NCBI GenBank assembly: GCA_944332715.1
Contig: CALVKN010000068.1
Span: 79,755-143,754, forward strand
Direction: 5' to 3'
Length of the DNA stretch: 64,000 nt
Origin: an uncultured Bacilli bacterium
GTDB lineage: Bacteria; Bacillota_I; Bacilli_A; RF39; UBA660
In this document: in pieces, positions 55,981-64,000 of the stretch
Layout: every line of letters begins with the position of its first letter
How positions within the stretch are numbered: position 1 is the stretch's first letter
The notes under the pieces: generated by a model
Databases searched by the model: none
What the model was told of the DNA's origin: nothing
Seen by the model: only the letters and a program-made list of their open reading frames with translations
Program-made: the position numbers and the translations under genes

Positions 55981-57201
55981 TCAGCGCGTGGACGGGGAAG
56001 GCGTGCGCGTGTCGCGGCGGGGGACGGGCAGGTCGGCGCCGCGGCGGGTTTCGGCCACGACGGGAAGCTGCCTCGTGGCGGCCGTGGTATAGCGCGAGAT
56101 GTTGAGCAGCACGCCCATCGCAGCGAGGAAGATCAGCAGCGAGGAGCCGCCGGCGCTGATGAACGGCAGCGCCTGTCCGGTCGTGGGCATGGAGCCCGTG
56201 ACGACGCCGATGTTCACGAATACCTGCAGCGCGAACACGACCGTGATGCCGGTGGCGAGCAGGCTGCCAAAGCGGTCGCGGCAGCGCAGCGCGGTGCGCA
56301 GGCCGCGGAAGATGATGAAGCCGTAGGCGCACATCACCGCGACGGCGCCGACAAAGCCGAGTTCTTCGCCGAGGATGGCGAAGATGAAGTCGCTCTCGCC
56401 GTAGGTCATGTACAGCAGCTTTTGCCTGCTGTTGTTCAGCCCCAGGCCGAACAGGCCGCCGCTGCCGAGCGCGTACAGCGACTGGATCAGCTGATAGCCG
56501 CTGCCGAGGCCGCCGTCGCCGTCGTTCCACGGGTCGCGGAACGACGTAAGCCGCGCGAACCGGTACGGCTCGATCACGGCGAACAGCACGAACAGCGCGA
56601 CCAGCACGACGCCGAGCAGCAGCATCTGCTTGATGTCCGCGCCGCCGGCAAACAGCAGCGCATAGCCCATCATGCCCACGATGACGGCCATGGACATGTT
56701 CGGCTGCAGCATGATCAGGCCGCAGATCACGCCGATGACGAGCAGCATCGGCAGCATGCCGCGCTTGAAGTCGCGCATGACGGCGTGTTTTTTGGACATG
56801 AACGCGCACATGTAGAGCATCATGCCGAACTTGGCGATCTCGGAGGGCTGGATACTCTGTCCGGCGATTTTGAGCCAGCGCTTGCCGCCGTTGAGCTCCT
56901 CGCCGAAGATCAGCACGGCGACCAGCAGCACGACCGACACGAGAAAGCCGATAACCTTGTATTTTTCCAGCCGCCGGTAGTCGAAAAACGAGAGCAGCAG
57001 CATGATCGGGTAGCCGATGAGCATGTAGACGGCCTGCTTTTTGAGATAGAAATAGCCGTCGTAGTCGGCGCCGGCATAGTTTTGCGCGTAATAATAGCTG
57101 GCGGAAAACACCATGACAAGGCCGAAGGCGCACAGCAGCGTCACCGTCAGCAGGATGCCATAGTCCATTCGATGCATTTTTACGCGCGTCTGTCTTTCCA
57201 T
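55981..57201 (-). CDS. ftsW: SEDS-family peptidoglycan polymerase FtsW/SpoVE/RodA
   Basis: 406 aa with about 10 TM helices and conserved SEDS blocks (GAKRWL-like GGKRWLKIAGQSIQPSEIAKF, and TTGQALPFISAGGSSLL). Confidence 0.9.
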   Translation of the reverse strand: MERQTRVKMHRMDYGILLTVTLLCAFGLVMVFSASYYYAQNYAGADYDGYFYLKKQAVYMLIGYPIMLLLSFFDYRRLEKYKVIGFLVSVVLLVAVLIFGEELNGGKRWLKIAGQSIQPSEIAKFGMMLYMCAFMSKKHAVMRDFKRGMLPMLLVIGVICGLIMLQPNMSMAVIVGMMGYALLFAGGADIKQMLLLGVVLVALFVLFAVIEPYRFARLTSFRDPWNDGDGGLGSGYQLIQSLYALGSGGLFGLGLNNSRQKLLYMTYGESDFIFAILGEELGFVGAVAVMCAYGFIIFRGLRTALRCRDRFGSLLATGITVVFALQVFVNIGVVTGSMPTTGQALPFISAGGSSLLIFLAAMGVLLNISRYTTAATRQLPVVAETRRGADLPVPRRDTRTPSPSTR

Positions 57202-57343
57202 TGCGCCTCCATGCTACAGGATACAGGATTATCAAATTATACTATGATATCTATGCAATCGCAAGCCGGGCGACCACCCGGCCGCCCGATTGTTGCAAAA
57301 TGTTTACCTTTGTGGCGCAGTTCGACGCCGCATTGCGCGCCGC

Positions 57344-58702
57344 TCAGCGCGCGCTTTCATACCCGTTCACGATCTCCTTGAACACGCGCCCGCGTTGCTC
57401 AAAGTTGTCGAACATGCCCCAGCTTGCGCTGGCGGGGGAGAGCAGCACCACGTCTCCGGGGCGGGCCAGGGCGCGCGCGGTGTCCACCGCCTCGCGGAAG
57501 GTGTCGGCCGTGTGGCACAGCTCGAGCATGTCGGCGTCTGCCGCGGTGCGCAGCAGCTGGTCGCGGGTCTGGCCCAGGATGACGAGCGCGCGCACGCGGC
57601 CGCGCAGCGCGTCAAACAGCTCGTGGAAATCCAGGTGCTTGTCGTAGCCGCCGAGCAGCAGCACGGTGGGGCGCGTCATGGCCTCGATGGCGCGGATCGT
57701 GCTGGCCGGGTTGGTGCCCTTGCTGTCGTTAATGAACGTCACGCCGTCCAGCTCCCGCACGAACTCGATGCGGTGCTCCACGCCGGGGAACGTGCGCAGC
57801 GTTTCGCGCACCGCGTCCGCCGGCACGCCCATGGCGAGCGCGAGCAGCGACGAGAGCATGGCGTTTTCGAGGTTGTGGCCGCCGGGGATACGGATCTCGG
57901 AGGCGCGCAGCAGCGGCAGCTCGTGGCCGCCGCGCCGGTAGATGACCACGCCGTCGCGCACGAACATGCCCTCCGGCACCTCGCTGCGGCGGGAAAAATA
58001 CAGGCAGGCGGCCGGGGTGAGCGTGTACATGGCGCGCACCTCCGGGTCGTCGTAGTTGAGCACGGCAAAGTCGTCCGCGGTCTGGTTGTCAAACACCTTG
58101 CACTTGGCCGCAATGTACCGGTCCATCGTGCCGAAGTGGTCGAGGTGGTCGGGCGTGATGTTGCAGCAGGCGGCCGCACGCGCATGAAAGCGGGAGCAGC
58201 CCTCGAGCTGCAGCGCCGCCGTCTCCGCCACGATCACGTCGCCCGGGCGCGTCTCCTCGGCGTGTTCGGTGATGGCCACGCCGATGTTGCCGAGCACGAA
58301 CGTGCGGAACCCGCCGGCCTTGAACAGCTCGCCGGTGAGCGCGGTGCAGGTGGTCTTGCCGTTCGTGCCGGTGATGCAGACGAAGTCGGCCTGCGCGTGC
58401 CGGTAACCCAGCTCGATTTCGGAGATCACCTCGATGCCCTGCTGCTGTGCCTGCACGAGAAACGGCGTGGTCATCGGGATGATCGGGCTGGGGATGACGA
58501 GCGACACGCCGCCCAGCAGCGTTTCGGGAGCCTCGCCGAGCCGGTTTTCCACATCGTACCCGGCGAGCGCCGCCTCCAGCCCGTCGATTTTCGGCTTCTG
58601 GTCGTTGATGATCACGCGCCAGCCGTTGCGGCACAGCAGCTTGGCGGCGCCGATGCCGCTCTTGGCCATGCCGACAATGAGCGCGGTTTGCTGTCTTTCC
58701 AT
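57344..58702 (-). CDS. murD: UDP-N-acetylmuramoylalanine--D-glutamate ligase
   Basis: N-terminal GMAKSGIGAAKLL Rossmann motif and P-loop ITGTNGKTT; 452 aa. Located between mraY and ftsW. Confidence 0.93.
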   Translation of the reverse strand: MERQQTALIVGMAKSGIGAAKLLCRNGWRVIINDQKPKIDGLEAALAGYDVENRLGEAPETLLGGVSLVIPSPIIPMTTPFLVQAQQQGIEVISEIELGYRHAQADFVCITGTNGKTTCTALTGELFKAGGFRTFVLGNIGVAITEHAEETRPGDVIVAETAALQLEGCSRFHARAAACCNITPDHLDHFGTMDRYIAAKCKVFDNQTADDFAVLNYDDPEVRAMYTLTPAACLYFSRRSEVPEGMFVRDGVVIYRRGGHELPLLRASEIRIPGGHNLENAMLSSLLALAMGVPADAVRETLRTFPGVEHRIEFVRELDGVTFINDSKGTNPASTIRAIEAMTRPTVLLLGGYDKHLDFHELFDALRGRVRALVILGQTRDQLLRTAADADMLELCHTADTFREAVDTARALARPGDVVLLSPASASWGMFDNFEQRGRVFKEIVNGYESAR

Positions 58703-58780
58703 GTCGGAATACCCCCTGAAAAATCTATGGGGACGGCAAGGCCGTCCGCCAAAAACAGTCTGGATTGTCGCCGGATGCGC

Positions 58781-59785
58781 CTACCGCAGGTAGGACAGCA
58801 GGCAGATGGCGCAGAGCACCGTCGTCACCAGTGTATACATCGTTACGATACGCGATTCCGAATAGCCGCACAGCTCAAAGTGGTGGTGGATCGGCGCCAT
58901 CTTGAACACGCGCTTGCCGTGGCGCAGCTTGTAGGAGCCGACCTGCAGGATGACCGACACCGTGGACCCGACGAAGCAGAAGCCCATCACCGGCAGCAGC
59001 AGGATGGAGCGGCTCGTGATGGCCATCATGGCGATGGCGCCGCCGAGCGCGAGCGAGCCCGTGTCGCCCATGAACACGCGGGCCGGGAACGTGTTGTAGC
59101 GGATAAAGCCGAGGCACGCGCCGGTCACGGCCGCGCAGAACACCGCCATGCCGTCGAGGTTCACGCCGTAGAGCGTCTGCCCGAGCAGCGTGGCGCGGCC
59201 GGAGAGCAGCGCGAACACGATGGTCATGGCGAGCGTATAAATCATCGTCACGCCGGAGGCGAGCCCGTCCAGCCCGTCGGTCAGGTTGACCGCATTCGTG
59301 GTGCCGATGACGACGAACATCACGAGCGGGATGTAATAGACGCCGATATCCCAGCTGCCGCCGGAGATGGGCAGGTACAGGCTGGAGCCGATGTACGGCG
59401 AACGGTAGGCCCAGAGCGCGACCAGCAGCGCAATGCCGAACTGCGCGATGATCTTCTGGTAGGCGCGCAGCCCGAGGTTGCGTTTGAGCCGGACCTTGAT
59501 AAAATCGTCGAGAAAGCCGACCAAGCCGAAGGCAAACGTGACCAGCAGCGCCGGCAACACGAGCTCGGCGCTTTCGAGCCCGAAGATCAGCGTGGCCACG
59601 AGAACGCCCAGCAGCGTCATGATGCCGCCCATGGTGGGCGTCCCCTGTTTGTTCTTGTGCGAATCCGGCCCTTCCTCGCGCTCCACCTGCCCAAATTTGA
59701 GCCGCCGCAGCATGGGGATTACAATGGGGCCGAGCACCAGCACAACGGCAAACGCGACGAGCGCGCTCAGTAAATAGGTCTGCAT
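58781..59785 (-). CDS. mraY: Phospho-N-acetylmuramoyl-pentapeptide transferase
   Basis: 334 aa polytopic protein with NAVNLTDGLDGLA and PIHHHFE motifs. Confidence 0.95.
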   Translation of the reverse strand: MQTYLLSALVAFAVVLVLGPIVIPMLRRLKFGQVEREEGPDSHKNKQGTPTMGGIMTLLGVLVATLIFGLESAELVLPALLVTFAFGLVGFLDDFIKVRLKRNLGLRAYQKIIAQFGIALLVALWAYRSPYIGSSLYLPISGGSWDIGVYYIPLVMFVVIGTTNAVNLTDGLDGLASGVTMIYTLAMTIVFALLSGRATLLGQTLYGVNLDGMAVFCAAVTGACLGFIRYNTFPARVFMGDTGSLALGGAIAMMAITSRSILLLPVMGFCFVGSTVSVILQVGSYKLRHGKRVFKMAPIHHHFELCGYSESRIVTMYTLVTTVLCAICLLSYLR

Positions 59786-59792
59786 GTGTCGT

Positions 59793-61229
59793 CTATTTCC
59801 GCTCCTCGAGCAGTTCCTTTACAGTTTCCTTGTCGTCAAAGTGATAGCGTGTGCCGTTGATCTCCTGATAATTCTCGTGACCCTTGCCGGCGATGAGGAT
59901 GACGTCGTCCGGCTCGGCGACCGAAATGGCGTGCGCGATGGCCTGGCGCCGGTTTTCAATGACGACGTATTTGGCCCCGGAGCGCTTGACGCCCTCTTCG
60001 ATCGTCTCGATGATCGCCATCGGGTCCTCGTTGCGCGGGTTGTCGGACGTGATGATGGCCAGGTCGGAGTACCGCCCGGCGATTTCGCCCATGATCGGCC
60101 GTTTGGCGCGGTCGCGGTCGCCGCCGCAGCCAAACACGCAGATCACGCGCTTTTTGGCGAAGTCGCACACCGTCTTAAGCACGTTTTCCAGCGCGTCCGG
60201 CGTGTGCGCATAATCGACAAAGATGGAGTAGGGCAGGTGGGAGCCGACGGCCTCCAGCCGCCCGGAGACGCTGGTCATGGACTCCAGCCCCTGCTTAATG
60301 GCGGGGAGCCGGATGCCGATGGCCTGCGCCATGCCCACGGCGCCCATCGCGTTGAACACGGAGAACAGGCCGGGGATGGGCAGGTTCATGCGCACGTCGC
60401 CGCACGGGGTGTGCAGGTCAAACTGGACGCCGCGCGTGGTGATGTCGATGTCGGACGCCGCAATGTCCGCGCGGTCGCGCACCCCGAACGTGGTGATCGG
60501 GATGGACAGGCCGGACATGATGCGGTCGGCATACGGGTCGTCCACGTTGACGACGGCCTTTTTCGCGTTCAAGAAGAGGATCTTTTTCGCCTGCAGGTAG
60601 TTTTCAAAGGTCTTGTGGTAGTCGAGGTGGTCCTGCGTCAGGTTTGTGAACAGCGCCACGTCGAACTTGATGCCATGCACGCGGAACTGCTCGAGCGCAT
60701 GCGACGAGACCTCCATGACGACGAGGTCCACGCGTGCGTCGGCCATCGTGCGCAGCAGCCGGAACAGGTCGACCGACTCGGGCGTCGTCCGGTCGGTGTG
60801 CAGGCTTTCGCTGCCGATCATGTTGCGGATGGTGCCGATGATGCCGACCTTTTTGCCGGCCTGCTCGGCGATGGCTTTGACCATGTAGGTGGTGGTCGTC
60901 TTGCCGTTGGTGCCGGTGACGCCCAGCACCTGGATCTCACGCTGCGGATAGCCGTAAAACGCGGCGGCCATTTCGGCCATGGATTTTCTGGCGTTTTTGA
61001 CCACGACCTGCGGCACGGCAAGCGGCAGCTCACGCTCTACGAGCAGCGCCACGGCGCCCTGCTTTACGGCGGCCTCGGCGAACGTGTGCCCGTCGAACAG
61101 CTGCCCGACGATGCAGCAGAACATGCTCCCCTGCTTGACCTTGCGCGAGTCGTACTCGATCGAACGGATGTCTACGTTTTCCCCCGTGTAGCGCAGGCCG
61201 GTCGACATGGCGAGTTCCGATAACAGCAT
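59793..61229 (-). CDS. murE: UDP-N-acetylmuramoyl-L-alanyl-D-glutamate--2,6-diaminopimelate ligase
   Basis: P-loop GVTGTNGKTTTT, a TTPESVDL motif, and the meso-DAP specificity motif DNPRNEDP. Confidence 0.92.
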   Translation of the reverse strand: MLLSELAMSTGLRYTGENVDIRSIEYDSRKVKQGSMFCCIVGQLFDGHTFAEAAVKQGAVALLVERELPLAVPQVVVKNARKSMAEMAAAFYGYPQREIQVLGVTGTNGKTTTTYMVKAIAEQAGKKVGIIGTIRNMIGSESLHTDRTTPESVDLFRLLRTMADARVDLVVMEVSSHALEQFRVHGIKFDVALFTNLTQDHLDYHKTFENYLQAKKILFLNAKKAVVNVDDPYADRIMSGLSIPITTFGVRDRADIAASDIDITTRGVQFDLHTPCGDVRMNLPIPGLFSVFNAMGAVGMAQAIGIRLPAIKQGLESMTSVSGRLEAVGSHLPYSIFVDYAHTPDALENVLKTVCDFAKKRVICVFGCGGDRDRAKRPIMGEIAGRYSDLAIITSDNPRNEDPMAIIETIEEGVKRSGAKYVVIENRRQAIAHAISVAEPDDVILIAGKGHENYQEINGTRYHFDDKETVKELLEERK

Positions 61230-61270
61230 GAGTCGTTTCCTCCCGAATTCCCCTGAAGATATCTGAAATA

Positions 61271-63514
61271 TTATTCCGTCGTCGGCACGGTGCCGCCTTC
61301 CGGCACGGTGCCGTTCTGTGGCACGGTGCCGTCCTCCGGCGTGAGCGTCGTGGCGGACGGCGGCGCCTTGTCAAACGTGACGAACACTTCCGTGCCCGGC
61401 TCCACTTCCGTGCCTTCCGGAATGGACTGCGTGAGGATCTGCCCAAGGCACGCGCTCTTGTCGTAGTTGAGCACGAGACCCAGCTTGTCCAGCGCGTCGA
61501 AGGCGTCCTGGCGGCGCTTGCCGACCAGGTTCGGCACTTCGACGAGGCTCTTGACCGTGTCTTCGTCGCTGTAGGTGGTCATGGTCGTGTAGATGACCAC
61601 GCGCGTCCCTTCCGGCACCTCGGTGTTGGCGGCGGGCACCTGCGTGAGCACGACGGCCTGCGCTTCCGATGTGGTGTAGATGGCCTCCGGGAAGCCGGCG
61701 CGCTCGAGGATATAGGAGGCGCGCTCGGCCGTTTCGCCGACCACGTTCGGCACCGTCACGGTCTCGGTCTCGGTGTTGGGCATGATGCCGTAATACTGCA
61801 CGAGGTTCGACAGCGTGCGCTGCACGAACGGCGCGGCGACCGTGCTGCCGTAGATCACGGGCACGCGCGGCTCGTCGACCATGACGAGGCAGATGAGCTC
61901 CGGGTCGTCCGCCGGCACAAAGCCGATGAACGAGGCGATCAGCAGCGTGCTGGACACCTTGCCGTTCTCGTCGTACTTCTGCGCGGTGCCGGTCTTGCCG
62001 CCGACCGTATAGCCGGTGATCTGCGCGTTGCTGCCGCTGCCCTCGTCCACGACCGACTGGAGGATCTCGCGCACCTTGGCGGAGGTCTCGGAGCTGATCA
62101 CGCGCCGCAGTTCCGTCGGTTCGTTGTGCTCGATGACGGAGGTCAGCCCGTCGTCGTCGGTGGCGGTGATCGAATCGATCACGTAGGGCTGCATGAGCAC
62201 CCCGCCGTTGATGGCGGCCGCCGCGGCGGAGAGCATTTGCAGCGGCGTGGTGGTGATGCTCTGGCCAAAGCCGATGCGCGCCAGATCCGTGTCGCGGATG
62301 TACTTGCGGTGGATGACTTCCCCGGTGTCCTCGCCGGGGATGCCGCTCTCGGTCGTGGTGCCGAAGCCGAAGGCGTAGATGTAGTCGTAGAACGTGTCCA
62401 CGCCCATCGCGAGCGCCATCTGCATGAACGCGCAGTTGCACGAGTTCTGGCACGCCTCGGCGAGCGTCTGGTGCCCGTGCCCGCCCTTCTTCCAGCAGTG
62501 GATCGTGTCTGTGCGGAAGGTCAGCGAGCCGGAGCACTCGAACGTGCTGTCCATCGTCACCGCGCCGGAGTCCAGCGCGGCTGCAAGCGTGATGATCTTG
62601 AAGATCGAGCCCGGTTCAAACGTGTCCGTGACCGAACGGTTGCGCGACATGGCCATCAACGAGGTGACGTCACTGCGGTCCGGGTTGTTCAGGTCAAACG
62701 TCGGGTTGGTGCCCGTGGCCAGGATGCGTCCAGTGGACGGATCCATGACGATGCCGGTGACCGTGCTCGCGTTGTTGACCGACATGCACTCGGCGAGCGC
62801 CGTCTCCAGGTAGCCCTGCACGGCCACATCGGTGGTCAGCGTGACGTCGTAGCCGTTGGTCGGGGCGATGTATTCCTCCTCGCCGTAGGCGAGCGGGTTG
62901 CCGCGGGCGTCCTTTGGCGTGACGATGCGGCCGTTGACGCCGGCCAGGTATTTGTCCAGCGACGCTTCAATGCCGGTCTGCCCTTCGCCGTCGATGCCGG
63001 TGAACCCGATCAGCTGCGCAAACAGGTTGCCGTTGGAGTATTTGCGCGTCATGTCGGTCGAAAAGCTGATGATGCCGTTGCCGAAGTTCAGCGCAATGAT
63101 CTCGTCGACCACATCGCTCGACACCTGCCGCTTGAGCACCAGCTGCGACCGGTCGGTGCGGGACACCTTGGCATAGACTTCGTCATAGCTCATGTCCAGG
63201 ATGTCCGACACGAGGATGGACACGCGCACGCGCTCCGATTCGGCGTCGTCGCCGTCGAGCACCTGCGGGTTGACCAGCACGCGGTAGGAGGTGCCGCTCT
63301 GCGCGAGCACGGTGCCGTTCGTGTCGAGGATCCGGCCGCGCTGGGCCTGGATAGCGCTTTGCCGCGTCTGCTGTTTCAGCGCCATGCTCTGCAGCCTGGG
63401 GCCGTCGATAATCTGCACCTGAAACAACCGGAACACGAGCAGTAAAAACAGGACCGCCGCGAATCCCAGCAGGATCATCAGGCGTTTTTTCAGTTGTGGC
63501 GCAGGTGCTGCCAT
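61271..63514 (-). CDS. Class B penicillin-binding protein (FtsI/PBP2B/SpoVD-like) with two C-terminal PASTA domains
   Basis: N-terminal anchor LMILLGFAAVLFLLLVF. Transpeptidase motifs are SIFK (SxxK), SCN (SxN) and KTGTA (KTG). PASTA segments are VPNVVGETAERASYILERAGF and VPNLVGKRRQDAFDALDKLGL. Confidence 0.93.
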   Translation of the reverse strand: MAAPAPQLKKRLMILLGFAAVLFLLLVFRLFQVQIIDGPRLQSMALKQQTRQSAIQAQRGRILDTNGTVLAQSGTSYRVLVNPQVLDGDDAESERVRVSILVSDILDMSYDEVYAKVSRTDRSQLVLKRQVSSDVVDEIIALNFGNGIISFSTDMTRKYSNGNLFAQLIGFTGIDGEGQTGIEASLDKYLAGVNGRIVTPKDARGNPLAYGEEEYIAPTNGYDVTLTTDVAVQGYLETALAECMSVNNASTVTGIVMDPSTGRILATGTNPTFDLNNPDRSDVTSLMAMSRNRSVTDTFEPGSIFKIITLAAALDSGAVTMDSTFECSGSLTFRTDTIHCWKKGGHGHQTLAEACQNSCNCAFMQMALAMGVDTFYDYIYAFGFGTTTESGIPGEDTGEVIHRKYIRDTDLARIGFGQSITTTPLQMLSAAAAAINGGVLMQPYVIDSITATDDDGLTSVIEHNEPTELRRVISSETSAKVREILQSVVDEGSGSNAQITGYTVGGKTGTAQKYDENGKVSSTLLIASFIGFVPADDPELICLVMVDEPRVPVIYGSTVAAPFVQRTLSNLVQYYGIMPNTETETVTVPNVVGETAERASYILERAGFPEAIYTTSEAQAVVLTQVPAANTEVPEGTRVVIYTTMTTYSDEDTVKSLVEVPNLVGKRRQDAFDALDKLGLVLNYDKSACLGQILTQSIPEGTEVEPGTEVFVTFDKAPPSATTLTPEDGTVPQNGTVPEGGTVPTTE
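61284..61331 (-). repeat. Three tandem copies (18-nt period) of ggcacggtgccg at the 3' end of the PBP gene
   Basis: Copies lie at 61284-61295, 61302-61313 and 61320-61331. They encode the GTVP-x-x triplet in ...EDGTVPQNGTVPEGGTVPTTE. Confidence 0.8.
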
Positions 63515-63562
63515 GCCTTGGCTCCTTCCTGCGGGCGGATCCGCTATCCGCCGTCCGTAGCC

Positions 63563-63946
63563 TTACGGTACGGCGGGCGTATCCTCGTCCGGCGTCTGCC
63601 CGGTGGGATCCTCCCCGTCCGGCGTCGTCCCGTCCGGCGCGTCCCCGGAGGGGGTGGTGCTGCCGGTGATGGGGATCGGACTGCCCGATTGCAAGTATTG
63701 CGACTGTACCGGATAGCGCATGCCATGGCTTTCGGCGTATTGCTGGGCGTCCTCGAGCGTCACGGCGCATTCGATGTCGGCCTCCAGCGTGTTGATGTGG
63801 AGCTGGATCTCCTCGATCGAATCGTTCAACGTGTTGATCTGGGCGTAGGCGCGGGAAATGCGCTCATACCCGGACAGGACGAACACCAGCATGCCGGCGA
63901 ACACAAAGGCGCAGAACATGATGCCGATGCGCGAACTGAGCTTCAT
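63563..63946 (-). CDS. ftsL: FtsL/septum-formation-initiator-like small bitopic division protein (may extend past the window edge)
   Basis: TM helix IGIMFCAFVFAGMLVFVL is followed by a coiled-coil (INTLNDSIEEIQLHINTLEADIE) and a Pro/Thr/Asp-rich tail. It lies immediately upstream of the PBP gene. The reading frame stays open from 63947 to 64000, so the true start may be outside the window. Confidence 0.6.
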   Translation of the reverse strand: MKLSSRIGIMFCAFVFAGMLVFVLSGYERISRAYAQINTLNDSIEEIQLHINTLEADIECAVTLEDAQQYAESHGMRYPVQSQYLQSGSPIPITGSTTPSGDAPDGTTPDGEDPTGQTPDEDTPAVP

Positions 63947-64000
63947 CTCGGTGCGCGGGCGGAGGGCGACCGGGGTCGCCTTCAGCGGCGCGGCTTTGAG

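Noticed and set aside
53971-57381. A 1136-aa plus-strand ORF running across ftsQ, murA and ftsW. The similar 827-aa ORF at 57290..59773 crosses murD and mraY.
   Set aside because: Both are antisense to well-supported dcw genes and span several gene boundaries and intergenic gaps. Their composition (runs of R, A, G, H, D) is typical of GC-driven artefacts.

Overview
This is a high-GC (roughly 65-70%) Firmicutes/Clostridia-type chromosomal segment, probably from an Oscillospiraceae-like anaerobe (low confidence). It is densely coding, and I found no tRNA/rRNA genes, CRISPR arrays, transposases or integrases. From left to right: the end of a glycogen operon (glgD', glgA); a HAD hydrolase; a flavodoxin/ferredoxin fusion; an anion permease; PFOR (nifJ); SGNH and SPFH proteins; an ssnA-ygfK-xdh-like molybdenum hydroxylase operon with a divergent ThrC-like PLP enzyme; a BMP-family nucleoside-type ABC transporter; serC-serA; nrdD-nrdG with NrdR-box pairs; a ~1.1 kb low-GC islet of unknown membrane proteins; ftsA-ftsZ; mreB; three cell-wall remodelling proteins; a sugar nucleotidyltransferase and galE; an ~8.6 kb electron-bifurcating [FeFe]-hydrogenase operon; and a dcw block (ftsL, PBP, murE, mraY, murD, ftsW, murA, ftsQ). 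The most interesting signal is a six-gene sensory cassette nested inside the hydrogenase operon: DRTGG, GHKL ATPase, an H-cluster sensor-like protein, DRTGG, PHP, GHKL ATPase. It has no DNA-binding or receiver domain and its signalling logic is, to my knowledge, unresolved. Other observations: a Ser at the position of a canonical H-cluster Cys ligand and a rubredoxin-like insert in HydA; the selenium-type hydroxylase cluster next to a nucleoside transporter; an unannotated 58-codon ORF coupled to nrdG; low-complexity extensions on GlgA and FtsQ; and a dcw cluster split by about 16 kb. The many long antisense ORFs in the track are GC-composition artefacts.
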